A stretch of DNA of 64,000 nt from an uncultured virus (IMG/VR IMGVR_UViG_3300032241_001451) (taxonomy: Duplodnaviria; Heunggongvirae; Uroviricota; Caudoviricetes). The translations under genes and the position numbers were made by a program. The notes under the pieces were generated by a model that did no database searches, was not told where the DNA came from, and saw only the letters and a program-made list of their open reading frames with translations. Below, piece by piece: positions 1 to 8,371 of the stretch. The stretch is taken from the IMG/VR virus record IMGVR_UViG_3300032241_001451; one strand, 5' to 3'. Numbering within the stretch: position 1 is the first letter of the stretch; the number at the start of each line of letters is the position of its first letter.

Positions 1-222
1 AACATTGTTCGTGAAATAATCGTTGTTAACAATGAAGTACTTGGTAATGCTGACGGTTTAGATGGAGAAGAACTTGGTATTGCTTTTTGTAAATCTCTTT
101 ATGGTGAGAATACTGAATGGAAACAAACTTCCTACAATTCTAACTTTAGAGGTCGTTATGCTGGGGCAGGCATGGTCTATGACCCAGTTAAAGATGAATT
201 TACAAACCCAACAGTAGAATAA
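1..222 (+). CDS. 5'-truncated small phage protein (...WKQTSYNSNFRGRYAG... type, usually found beside tail-fibre genes)
   Basis: Frame 1 is open from base 1 to TAA at 220-222; the QTSYN..FR..YAG motif is recognisable. Confidence 0.7.
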   Translation, partial: NIVREIIVVNNEVLGNADGLDGEELGIAFCKSLYGENTEWKQTSYNSNFRGRYAGAGMVYDPVKDEFTNPTVE

Positions 223-261
223 ACCTATGGTAGGCTGAAGTCCTAACCAAGGGAGCAATAC

Positions 262-963
262 ATGGCGCATATAATCTTTACTGACATACATAATCCAGAG
301 GGCGTTTTAGAAAAACCAAAACCTGCTACTGAGTACATTCCTCAGTGGTACAAGGACGCCAAGTCATATACAAGTCCTGATGGTAAAAAAGCGCCAACGC
401 TAGATGGCTCACCTATGGCAACCATTAAGCGCTGTATGCCTCTATGGGACATGATGACTGCTGGTTATATTATGGAGACTCCTTACGACATTTATATTCG
501 TCAGACTCCTGATGGTCCTTACTTTCAATGGGGCGCAAATGAAGCAATTGCTTTTCAGTCAATGGAACAATTTCAAAATCATCCATACTCACGAGACATT
601 AACTACGCAGTAAGAATTGTTATACCTTGGTCAATTAAAACTCCCAAGGGCTGGTCCATCATGGTGATGGAGCCACAGCACCATGAGCCTGCTCCAATTA
701 GTTGCGCCAGTGGAATTGTTGATAGCGATGACTTCTCAATACCGTTTAATATGTTCCTTAAACTTCGTGACCCTAAGTTTGAGGGAATGATTCCTGCTGG
801 TACTCCTTTCTTACAAATTATTCCTTTCAAGCGTGAAGACTGGACATCATCAGTTGGTGGAGAAAAAGAACTCAAGAAACATGCGGCAGATGTTGCTAAA
901 TTTCAACGTGTTTTTTTTGACCGTTACAAAAAGTTTTGGTGGAACAAGAAAGAGTATAAGTGA
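262..963 (+). CDS. Double-stranded beta-helix (DUF6065-like) protein, paralog 1
   Basis: P.WYK, TIKRCMP..D, PWSIKTPKGWS, GIVDSD, IPAGTP..QIIPFKRE motifs; GGGAG RBS. Confidence 0.7.
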   Translation: MAHIIFTDIHNPEGVLEKPKPATEYIPQWYKDAKSYTSPDGKKAPTLDGSPMATIKRCMPLWDMMTAGYIMETPYDIYIRQTPDGPYFQWGANEAIAFQSMEQFQNHPYSRDINYAVRIVIPWSIKTPKGWSIMVMEPQHHEPAPISCASGIVDSDDFSIPFNMFLKLRDPKFEGMIPAGTPFLQIIPFKREDWTSSVGGEKELKKHAADVAKFQRVFFDRYKKFWWNKKEYK

Positions 964-1745
964 AGATAACTTTTACAGATACTTTGGGCGTACCTGAAGA
1001 GTTTTGCCCTAAGCCAGCCACCGCATCTGTTCCAGATTGGTATAAAAATTTAGAGTCGTACTTATCTGGGCAGAAAAAACCTGACGGCAATGGTGGAACA
1101 CCCGCATCTATTAAACGTTGTATGCCTGTCTTTGATGCTATTACTGGTGGTTACATTCTGTACACCTATGTAGACCTTTATGTTTCTCAACAAGATATTC
1201 AGTATGTAGATGGCGCTTATCAAAAAAGAACGGGTAAGAATAGAAAACTTCCTGAGAAAAAAAGGCTTGAATTAAACCTGCCTAAAACTGCACCACATTA
1301 TGAATGGCCTTCATTTGGTCCCATTCAATTTCATCCAGTAAGTCAGGCCCCCACTCACCCACAACGTGCGGGCATGCCTGATAATGGTTCTTACCCTAAA
1401 TGGATTAATCCATGGTCAATTAAAACGCCCAAAGGTTACTCAGTTCTCTTTACTCAACCAATGCACCGTGAATCTGTATTTACAATACTAGATGGAATAG
1501 TAGATACCGACACATATAACGCCCCAGTAAATTTTCCATTTATTCTTAATGACTGGAACTACGAGGGAATGATTCCAGCAGGAACTCCTATGGCTCAAGT
1601 CATTCCATTTAAACGTGAGAATTGGCAGATGGAATTGGGCAAACAAGAAGACTTTATTTCTCAGCAAAAGACTACTAACCATCTTCGTACCTCATTCTTT
1701 GACTCTTATAAGAACAAGTTTCGGGCGCCAAAAGAATACAAGTAG
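960..1745 (+). CDS. Double-stranded beta-helix (DUF6065-like) protein, paralog 2
   Basis: Same motif series as 262..963; GTGA overlap. Confidence 0.7.
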   Translation: MKITFTDTLGVPEEFCPKPATASVPDWYKNLESYLSGQKKPDGNGGTPASIKRCMPVFDAITGGYILYTYVDLYVSQQDIQYVDGAYQKRTGKNRKLPEKKRLELNLPKTAPHYEWPSFGPIQFHPVSQAPTHPQRAGMPDNGSYPKWINPWSIKTPKGYSVLFTQPMHRESVFTILDGIVDTDTYNAPVNFPFILNDWNYEGMIPAGTPMAQVIPFKRENWQMELGKQEDFISQQKTTNHLRTSFFDSYKNKFRAPKEYK

Positions 1746-1760
1746 TTCATACTTAACCCT

Positions 1761-2294
1761 ATGCGTGGAAACCAACTTCAAGGGCGTTTTAAAATAGAGT
1801 ACGAAACCAAGTCTATGGATGAGGGAATCGTAGAAGACTTACGCACCCCTGTCGGTACCAATGTCTCGTGGTGGATTTGGGATGCAGAGTTCTACGCTAC
1901 CAATCCCACCGAAGTCATTGATGACATCTACGATGTCTCAAACCAAGGCTACGGTCTTGGTCGCCGTTGGAAATCGCCTTTTGAACTTCCTGTTATTATG
2001 GCTCGCCAAACTCGTGGTTCATCTTCTCCTAACGAGCGTGGTTACTACGTTACAGATACTTTGACACTTACCGTGGCTGTAGCAGACCTCAATCGTCTTT
2101 TGCCAGCCATGATGACCAACCCTGAGATTCATATCAAAGACCGCGTTGTCTTCCAGAATACAGTCTTCTATCCTGGTCGTGTTTTGCCTATGGGACGTTA
2201 TGCAGACCGCTATTCTGTAGTCTCCATGGATTGCTACATGGTTAATGCCGAGGAATTGGTAAACGATGTACAATTTCAGCAATACGCCAACTAA
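1761..2294 (+). CDS. Probable head-closure/neck protein
   Basis: 177 aa, beta-rich, upstream of tail genes; function inferred from position. Confidence 0.45.
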   Translation: MRGNQLQGRFKIEYETKSMDEGIVEDLRTPVGTNVSWWIWDAEFYATNPTEVIDDIYDVSNQGYGLGRRWKSPFELPVIMARQTRGSSSPNERGYYVTDTLTLTVAVADLNRLLPAMMTNPEIHIKDRVVFQNTVFYPGRVLPMGRYADRYSVVSMDCYMVNAEELVNDVQFQQYAN

Positions 2295-2303
2295 GGAGAT
2301 AGC

Positions 2304-2435
2304 ATGACCTTCGAAGAGGAGATTAGTCCAGACCTTTTTGATGAAGACTTTGAACCAGATGATTCTGAGTTAGAAGACATCGATTACGATGACCATGCTC
2401 TTGATGATTTAGAAGATATTGAAGTGGATGAATAA
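2304..2435 (+). CDS. 43 aa highly acidic peptide (MTFEEEISPDLFDEDFEPDDSELEDIDYDDHALDDLEDIEVDE)
   Basis: AAGGAG RBS; ATG to TAA; abuts the next ATG. Confidence 0.7.
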   Translation: MTFEEEISPDLFDEDFEPDDSELEDIDYDDHALDDLEDIEVDE

Positions 2436-2567
2436 ATGCCGTTTTTATCTGAAGCACAAAGAAAATTTATGTGGATAAGACATCCAAAGATTGCTGCTCG
2501 TTGGGAAAAGATTACTCCTAAAGGTAAGTTACCTGAAAAAGTCACTACAGAGAAAAAGGAAAAATAA
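2436..2567 (+). CDS. 43 aa basic peptide (MPFLSEAQRKFMWIRHPKIAARWEK...)
   Basis: Translated by hand; TAA-ATG junction. Confidence 0.7.
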   Translation: MPFLSEAQRKFMWIRHPKIAARWEKITPKGKLPEKVTTEKKEK

Positions 2568-2568
2568 A

Positions 2569-2757
2569 ATGGCAAAAACAATTAAGATTAAAGGTGAAGG
2601 CCACACAATTAAGAAGAACAAAAAGGGCGATGTTATTGTTGACCACGCTGGCAATAAGGGCAAGTACGACAAAATTAATTTAACTAAAAAGGCTGGCGCT
2701 AAAACTATTAAAGCAGGCGTTAAAGCCACAAAAGATTGGCATAAGAAAAATGGCTAG
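2569..2757 (+). CDS. 62 aa Lys-rich peptide (MAKTIKIKGEGH...)
   Basis: AAGGA RBS favours ATG 2569 over the track start at 2491. Confidence 0.7.
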   Translation: MAKTIKIKGEGHTIKKNKKGDVIVDHAGNKGKYDKINLTKKAGAKTIKAGVKATKDWHKKNG

Positions 2758-2914
2758 TAAACCAATATGGGAAAAAAAGAACCCAAAGAAGAAGTCCACT
2801 CCTCTGTCTTCTGGACAGAAGGCGTCGGCTAAGGCTCGCGCTGAAAAAGCAGGGCGTCCTTGGCCTAACGCAGTTGATAACATTTGGGCATCAAGGCAGT
2901 CAAAAGCAAAATGA
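2750..2914 (+). CDS. 54 aa basic peptide (MASKPIWEKKNPKKKS...GRPWPNAVDNIWA)
   Basis: Translated by hand; overlaps both neighbours. Confidence 0.7.
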   Translation: MASKPIWEKKNPKKKSTPLSSGQKASAKARAEKAGRPWPNAVDNIWASRQSKAK

Positions 2915-3381
2915 AACTTTGCCCTAAGTGTCAAATATCCCAACCTAAAGAAAACTTTCATAAAGGTAACGGATACTGTAAACCCTGCAAAAAAGAGTAC
3001 GATAATAAACATAAGGCTAATTGGAAATTTGAACCTTATCATCGAATCAACAGGTATAAAACGCATATTAAAAAACAATATTCAATGAATTTGGAAGAAC
3101 TAGTTGTCATATACGATTCTCAAGGAGGGTGTTGCCCAATATGCAACAAATCACTCCCTCATCCCGCAGATGAAAACGGAGATAAGTGGCAAACAAATAT
3201 TGACCATAACCATGCCTGTTGTTCTACGGATACTACCTGTGGAAGATGCGTTCGAGGCTTACTTTGCCGAGACTGCAACCTCATGATAGGGCATGCTAAG
3301 GACAATCTTGACACCTTAAAAAAGGCTGTTGAGTATTTAGAAACTACATCAACGAAAGTAGGTACCAAAAATCTGTGCTAA
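2911..3381 (+). CDS. Endonuclease VII-family (HNH fold) nuclease, likely homing-type
   Basis: CPKC/CKPC N-terminus; QGGCCPIC...IDHNH...VRGLLCRDCN..IG motif; ATGA overlap at 2911. Confidence 0.9.
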   Translation: MKLCPKCQISQPKENFHKGNGYCKPCKKEYDNKHKANWKFEPYHRINRYKTHIKKQYSMNLEELVVIYDSQGGCCPICNKSLPHPADENGDKWQTNIDHNHACCSTDTTCGRCVRGLLCRDCNLMIGHAKDNLDTLKKAVEYLETTSTKVGTKNLC

Positions 3382-3466
3382 ATGTGGTTGTGGCTGTGCC
3401 AAGGGCAAGCCAGCAAAGGGATGCAAATGCACTTGTGCATCTTGCAAGTCTGCTCGTAAGAAGTAA
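3371..3466 (+). CDS. 31 aa Cys/Lys-rich metallothionein-like peptide, apparent ATC start
   Basis: (I/M)CAKCGCGCAKGKPAKGCKCTCASCKSARKK; 8 Cys; N-terminus parallels MCATCGCG at 3603. Confidence 0.6.
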   Translation: MCAKCGCGCAKGKPAKGCKCTCASCKSARKK

Positions 3467-3469
3467 CCT

Positions 3470-3601
3470 ATGGCTACTAAAAAACTATCACCAAAACAGA
3501 AGAAACTTGCCTCTGTAGCAGAACCTCGTGATAAAATTACAGGTGCTGATTTTAAGGCATTAAAAAAACCATCAAAACTAACCGTTAAGAAAGGCAAATA
3601 A
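3470..3601 (+). CDS. 43 aa Lys-rich peptide (MATKKLSPKQKKLA...KITGADFKAL)
   Basis: Translated by hand; tight gene packing. Confidence 0.7.
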   Translation: MATKKLSPKQKKLASVAEPRDKITGADFKALKKPSKLTVKKGK

Positions 3602-3602
3602 G

Positions 3603-3731
3603 ATGTGCGCAACCTGTGGCTGTGGCCTAAAAGATAAGTCTGCTGCTGGATATGGCAAAGGCAAGAAGTCTGCAAAGAAGACTGCTGCTAAGCCAATGTC
3701 TGCTATGAAAAAAATGGGTAAGAAAAAGTAA
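3603..3731 (+). CDS. 42 aa peptide with MCATCGCG head and Lys/Ala-rich tail
   Basis: Translated by hand; TAATG overlap with the next gene. Confidence 0.7.
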   Translation: MCATCGCGLKDKSAAGYGKGKKSAKKTAAKPMSAMKKMGKKK

Positions 3732-3910
3732 TGGACAAAAAGTCAGATAAGAAGCAAGATGCCAAAGTTATGAAGGGCATGTCTCCTAAGCAAAAGGCAG
3801 CCTTTGAAAAGGCCGATAAGAAGATGGATGCTAAGAAGCCATCTGCTAAGGCCGATGCAAAAATGGACAAGGCTCTAGCCAAAAAGATTAAAGACAAGAA
3901 AAAGAAGTAA
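3731..3910 (+). CDS. 59 aa Lys/Asp/Ala-rich peptide (MDKKSDKKQDAK...)
   Basis: Translated by hand; followed by a terminator. Confidence 0.7.
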   Translation: MDKKSDKKQDAKVMKGMSPKQKAAFEKADKKMDAKKPSAKADAKMDKALAKKIKDKKKK

Positions 3911-3915
3911 GGATT

Positions 3916-3939
3916 AAGCGCCCCAAGTGGGCGCTTTTT
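3916..3939 (+). terminator. Intrinsic terminator
   Basis: AAGCGCCC-caagt-GGGCGCTT followed by T run. Confidence 0.8.
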
Positions 3940-4013
3940 CTTTATCATTGCCATATCGGGATATCGTGCGATACCTGTGCAGACCCACTGCTTGCGATGA
4001 AAAGGGGACTTTA

Positions 4014-4187
4014 ATGGCGCATGTACCTTGGTATGTGAAAATTGCCGAACTGGATACCGAACACGAACGCGAAGATTTTATGCGCGGTGTTTTTGGATTC
4101 CGTCCTAAAGAAAAAACCGCTCTCGTCACAGCAGTTATCGCAGGTTATATTGCGGGTAAAGTTGCGACGAAGGCGAAGCGTAAGTGA
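4014..4187 (+). CDS. Small hypothetical protein with a hydrophobic C-terminal segment
   Basis: AAGGGGA RBS before ATG 4014. Confidence 0.55.
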   Translation: MAHVPWYVKIAELDTEHEREDFMRGVFGFRPKEKTALVTAVIAGYIAGKVATKAKRK

Positions 4188-4501
4188 AGCAACTCCACAA
4201 TATTCATAAAGCCCTAAACAAGGCTACACAAGAAACTACTCACTACATGACTGCCCAAGTGCAGTCTGAAGCCCGTGCTTCTGGCTGGCCTGATGAGGTT
4301 GTAGATAGCCTCCATGTTACTCATGACAGTGGTGAATTTAATTACAGAGTTGCTGAAGAGCATCACGCCACAGCACTCAACTATGAGTATGGCACTCCTG
4401 GCCGTCAACCAACCGCTGCTATTCGCCGTACCTCTAACCAAAAGAATGGTGCCGAAGAATTTTTGCTAGGTCGTCTATCTACACATATCGGTGACCTATG
4501 A
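4184..4501 (+). CDS. Putative neck/tail-completion protein
   Basis: EYGT motif typical of HK97 gp10-like proteins; position. Confidence 0.5.
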   Translation: MKQLHNIHKALNKATQETTHYMTAQVQSEARASGWPDEVVDSLHVTHDSGEFNYRVAEEHHATALNYEYGTPGRQPTAAIRRTSNQKNGAEEFLLGRLSTHIGDL

Positions 4502-5160
4502 CATTTTTATTATCTGAAGATAAGGCTCTTCGTGACCTACTACTTGGCATGACTGTTACAGACCAAAAGTCAGATGCCTCTGGAACTGCCACTCGTAACG
4601 TTGGTGTTTGGTTTGGACAACCTGACCAAGAAATGACAGAGCAAAAATACCCTTACATTACAATCGATATGATTGATATTAATGAAGACTTTGCTCGTGC
4701 GCATCGCGGATTAACAAAACCTTCTTATCTTCCAGACCCAGCCACTATGCCTGGTAGTGACTCTGTTTATGACCCAGCAACAAATAGTTGGGAAATTCAT
4801 TGGCCAATTCCTGTCAACATTGATTACCAAATTACTACGTACTCACGTCAACCACGTCATGATAGAGAAATTTTAGCAACAATGCTTTACTCCAAACTTC
4901 CTTTAAGATTTGGCGTATTACAACCTGACGACAACACTGTTCGTCGACTTAATCTTCTGGATGTTTCTAAAAGAGATATCACAGAGGCAGGAAAGCGTTT
5001 ATTTGTAAACGCCTTTACCGTTCGCGTCTCAAGTGAGATTGCTGCGGCAACATACACCGAACTATACAAAGCACTACAAGTTGATGTCACAGGCACAACT
5101 GACAACCCAGTAATTGGTCGTGGAACGTTCACGCCAATCTCGTTCACAATACATTCATAA
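4498..5160 (+). CDS. Putative tail terminator/completion protein
   Basis: YPYITI motif; immediately upstream of sheath. Confidence 0.55.
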   Translation: MTFLLSEDKALRDLLLGMTVTDQKSDASGTATRNVGVWFGQPDQEMTEQKYPYITIDMIDINEDFARAHRGLTKPSYLPDPATMPGSDSVYDPATNSWEIHWPIPVNIDYQITTYSRQPRHDREILATMLYSKLPLRFGVLQPDDNTVRRLNLLDVSKRDITEAGKRLFVNAFTVRVSSEIAAATYTELYKALQVDVTGTTDNPVIGRGTFTPISFTIHS

Positions 5161-5192
5161 TACGGCCCCCACCTACAAACTAAGGAGAAATA

Positions 5193-6737
5193 ATGTCATA
5201 TGCACGCCCTGGCGTTTACATTAGTGAGCGCTTATTGCCTCCTGCAATTCCACAAGGAATTACAGCGAACGCTGCTGGTGCTGTTGTCGCCCCATTTGAA
5301 AGCGGCCCAGAATCAGTAACTCTCGTCCAATCATGGTATGAATTTACAAAATACTTTGGTGGATACAATGCCTCTTACCCAGCCACTTTTGAAATTGGCC
5401 AATTCTTCCAAAATGGAGGACGCGAACTTTATGTAAAGCGTCTTCTACACGCTGATGCAGCAAACGCACACGTTGACCTAGTTACATCTACTGCAGCCGT
5501 AGTTGCAACTGCAACTGCCCGCAATGCTGGTTCAGATGGAAACAACCTTCGTGTTACAGTTGAAACTGGAACTGTTGCAAATACCTACACACTTTCTGTC
5601 TACAAAGAAGGCGTAGCAGGAACTTCAAGCGATGTTACTAACGATGTTTTGCTTGAGCGCTATGAGAACGTTGTATTTGCAGACTCAACATCAACAAGTT
5701 ATGCAATTTCAGTTGTTAACTCATTGTCATCAACTATTACATTGACAATTGGTGCATCTCCATCAGGAACAATTGTTTCAACTGTCTATCCACTAAGCAG
5801 TGGTAGCAATGGAACTGCTGTTACTTGCGCCGATTACATCAACTATAAGGGTGACGATATCAGCCCATTTGATGACTTGACTGCAACCAACCGTGCTCTT
5901 GTCTTGTTCTTGCCAGGTGTTTGGTCACTAGCAACAGGTCTTGACACTGATGGAACCACAGTTATCTCACAAACAGATGTATTCCAAGCAGCAATTTCTT
6001 GGGCATCTGCAAATGGTGGCTTTGTTATCTGTCACACAGCAGCAGGTCAAACTGTTGCTCAGGCTCAATCATTTGCAACAAGCCTTGATGGTTACAGCAA
6101 TGCTGCTGTTTACTATCCACGTCTTTATATTACAGACCCAGTTGGACGTAGCAGCAGTGCTCTTCGTTTGATTGGTCCTTCTGGTTCAGTTGCTGGTTTG
6201 TATCTTTCAACAGATGCAGCATTTGGTCCTTTCAAGGCACCTGCTGGTATTACAACTTCTATTAATGGAATTGTTTCTCTTGAAAAAACATTAACATCAT
6301 CTGACCTAGATACTCTCAATACTGGTGCAGCCCCTGTTAACCCAATCCGCCAAATTCCTGGTGCTGGGTTTGCGGTAATGGGCGCTCGTACTCTCCTTCA
6401 AGATGGTACAGCAAACAAGTATGTCAACATGCGTCGCTCACTCATCTACATTGAGCGTGAACTCAATAACCTTACAGAGTTTGCTCTCTTTGAAAATAAT
6501 GATGAAAAACTATGGGCACGCCTCAATACAACCATTGGTTCATTCCTCAATGACTACCGTAACCAAGGCGGTCTTCGTGGAGCAACAGCAGCACAGGCAT
6601 ATTTTGTCCTTTGCGATGCAACCAATAACACCGCTACAACAATTGCTAACGGTGAAGTCCACATTCAAGTCGGTGTAGCACTGCAATACCCTGCAGAGTT
6701 CATCGTCATTGACCTTACTCAAACAACCTTGAGTTAA
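5193..6737 (+). CDS. Contractile tail sheath protein
   Basis: RPGVYISE, FFQNGG, KAPAG, GARTL, YVNMRR, FENND, PAEFIVI motifs. Confidence 0.95.
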   Translation: MSYARPGVYISERLLPPAIPQGITANAAGAVVAPFESGPESVTLVQSWYEFTKYFGGYNASYPATFEIGQFFQNGGRELYVKRLLHADAANAHVDLVTSTAAVVATATARNAGSDGNNLRVTVETGTVANTYTLSVYKEGVAGTSSDVTNDVLLERYENVVFADSTSTSYAISVVNSLSSTITLTIGASPSGTIVSTVYPLSSGSNGTAVTCADYINYKGDDISPFDDLTATNRALVLFLPGVWSLATGLDTDGTTVISQTDVFQAAISWASANGGFVICHTAAGQTVAQAQSFATSLDGYSNAAVYYPRLYITDPVGRSSSALRLIGPSGSVAGLYLSTDAAFGPFKAPAGITTSINGIVSLEKTLTSSDLDTLNTGAAPVNPIRQIPGAGFAVMGARTLLQDGTANKYVNMRRSLIYIERELNNLTEFALFENNDEKLWARLNTTIGSFLNDYRNQGGLRGATAAQAYFVLCDATNNTATTIANGEVHIQVGVALQYPAEFIVIDLTQTTLS

Positions 6738-6754
6738 TCCGAAGGAGATAAATA

Positions 6755-7384
6755 ATGCCAACAATAATTAATAATCGGTCAAGTTTAGTTACTGACCCAT
6801 TACGTAACTTTAGATTCCTTGTTACGTTCAAACCTCTAACTGGTGGAAGTGCAGCGCTTAATGCTCTTCAAACAACCACCTTTGGCTTCACTTCAGTGTC
6901 TGGGTTGTCTGTAACAACAGCCTCGATTCCTTACCGTGAAGGTGGATACAACACAACCGTGCACCAGATTCCTGGACAAACAACTTTTGCTCCTTTGACT
7001 TTGCAACGTGGTGTTGTTCTTGGAACTAGCCAAAACTACGACTGGATGCGTAATTTGTTCGCAACAGTTCAAGGTGGAGGAACAACTCGCAAAGCAACAG
7101 AAAACTTCCGTTGTGATGTAGAAATTCAAGTTCTATCACACCCAATTCCATCAGGTACAGTTGCTCCTGGAGACACAAACAACCCAGCAAACACAGCCTC
7201 AGCATCAGACCATGTTGCTATGCGCTTTAATGTGTATAACTGCTGGCCTACTTCTGTGGCATACTCTGACCTCAACGCTGGCGATGACGCTTTGTTTGTT
7301 GAGCAAATGGCGCTTGTTCACGAAGGTTTTGATGTCACATGGGCAGCAGACCTAATTAACTCAGCACCAGCATTTACAGCATAA
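6755..7384 (+). CDS. Tail tube protein (T4 gp19-like)
   Basis: DPLRNFRF, GFTSVSGL, YREGG, LTLQRG, NCWP, LVHEG motifs. Confidence 0.93.
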   Translation: MPTIINNRSSLVTDPLRNFRFLVTFKPLTGGSAALNALQTTTFGFTSVSGLSVTTASIPYREGGYNTTVHQIPGQTTFAPLTLQRGVVLGTSQNYDWMRNLFATVQGGGTTRKATENFRCDVEIQVLSHPIPSGTVAPGDTNNPANTASASDHVAMRFNVYNCWPTSVAYSDLNAGDDALFVEQMALVHEGFDVTWAADLINSAPAFTA

Positions 7385-7401
7385 TCTAACAAAGGAATAA
7401 A

Positions 7402-8214
7402 ATGACGAACACAATCAGTGCAGCGGCTAATCCCGCATTGGCAAACGACTTGTTAACTAAAGCAGTACAACCAGAGGAACAACCTTTCGTTGCTCCTGAT
7501 ATTTTGGCTCCTTCGGATACTACGGTGTTCCTTCCTGGCGGTTATGTTACAGCCGCTGGGGAGGTCATCCGTACAGCCGAAGTTCGTGAATTAAATGGAA
7601 AAGATGAAGAGGCTATCTCTAAAACCAATAATTTTGGTAAAGCAGTATTGACAATTTTGCAAAGAGGAACCGTAAAAATTGGTGACGAAACTGCAACAGA
7701 CCAATTGCTTGACCAATTATTGGCAGGAGATAGAGATGCATTACTACTTGGAATCCTAAAAGTAACCTTTGGTAATACTCCAGAAGTTGCATCCTACTGT
7801 GAAGGTTGCAGCGATTTTAAAACTATCTCAATCAATATGAACGAAGATATCAAGTCTAAAGTACTTGCGGACCCAATTGGAGACAGAGTTTTTATTGTTA
7901 ATGGAAAAGCAGGAGAAATTACTGTTCAACTTCCAAATGGTGTTGCTCAAAAAGAAATGATTTTAAACTCAGATAAAACATCTGCAGAGTTAAATACTAT
8001 TCTTTTAGAAAATACTGTTACAAAAATAAATAATGTTCCTGTCTATAACAAGTCTCAAGTACAACTACTTGGTATTACAGACCGTCGTAAAATTACTGAT
8101 GAACTAAACAAGCGTGTTCCTGGCCCTCAATTTGAAGATACAACCGTTGAGTGCCCTGATTGCGGAAGTGAGGTACAGGTTCCTATTAATTTAGGCGCCT
8201 TGTTTCAATTTTAA
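7402..8214 (+). CDS. Tail/baseplate assembly chaperone (T4 gp26-like, two CxxC)
   Basis: ELNGKDEE, L..GDR..LL, CEGC and CPDC; lies between tube and tape measure. Confidence 0.75.
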   Translation: MTNTISAAANPALANDLLTKAVQPEEQPFVAPDILAPSDTTVFLPGGYVTAAGEVIRTAEVRELNGKDEEAISKTNNFGKAVLTILQRGTVKIGDETATDQLLDQLLAGDRDALLLGILKVTFGNTPEVASYCEGCSDFKTISINMNEDIKSKVLADPIGDRVFIVNGKAGEITVQLPNGVAQKEMILNSDKTSAELNTILLENTVTKINNVPVYNKSQVQLLGITDRRKITDELNKRVPGPQFEDTTVECPDCGSEVQVPINLGALFQF

Positions 8215-8371
8215 TATCACAGGATATTTAGAGTTGTTTGCAGAATGGGCAGCCATCTCTAGTATGTATGAGGGTTGGACCCTGACTGAGATTCAAGAAA
8301 TGTCAAAAAGGGAAAGACAAAACTGGATTAACTTAGCAAAGGCACGTTACGGAAGGACTGGCAATGGCTAA
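8210..8371 (+). CDS. Chaperone C-terminal extension in the +1 frame (probable frameshift product)
   Basis: FNITGYLELFAEWAAISSMYEGWTLTEIQEMSKRERQNWINLAKARYGRTGNG fills the gap to the tape measure gene. Confidence 0.65.
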   Translation, partial: FNITGYLELFAEWAAISSMYEGWTLTEIQEMSKRERQNWINLAKARYGRTGNG

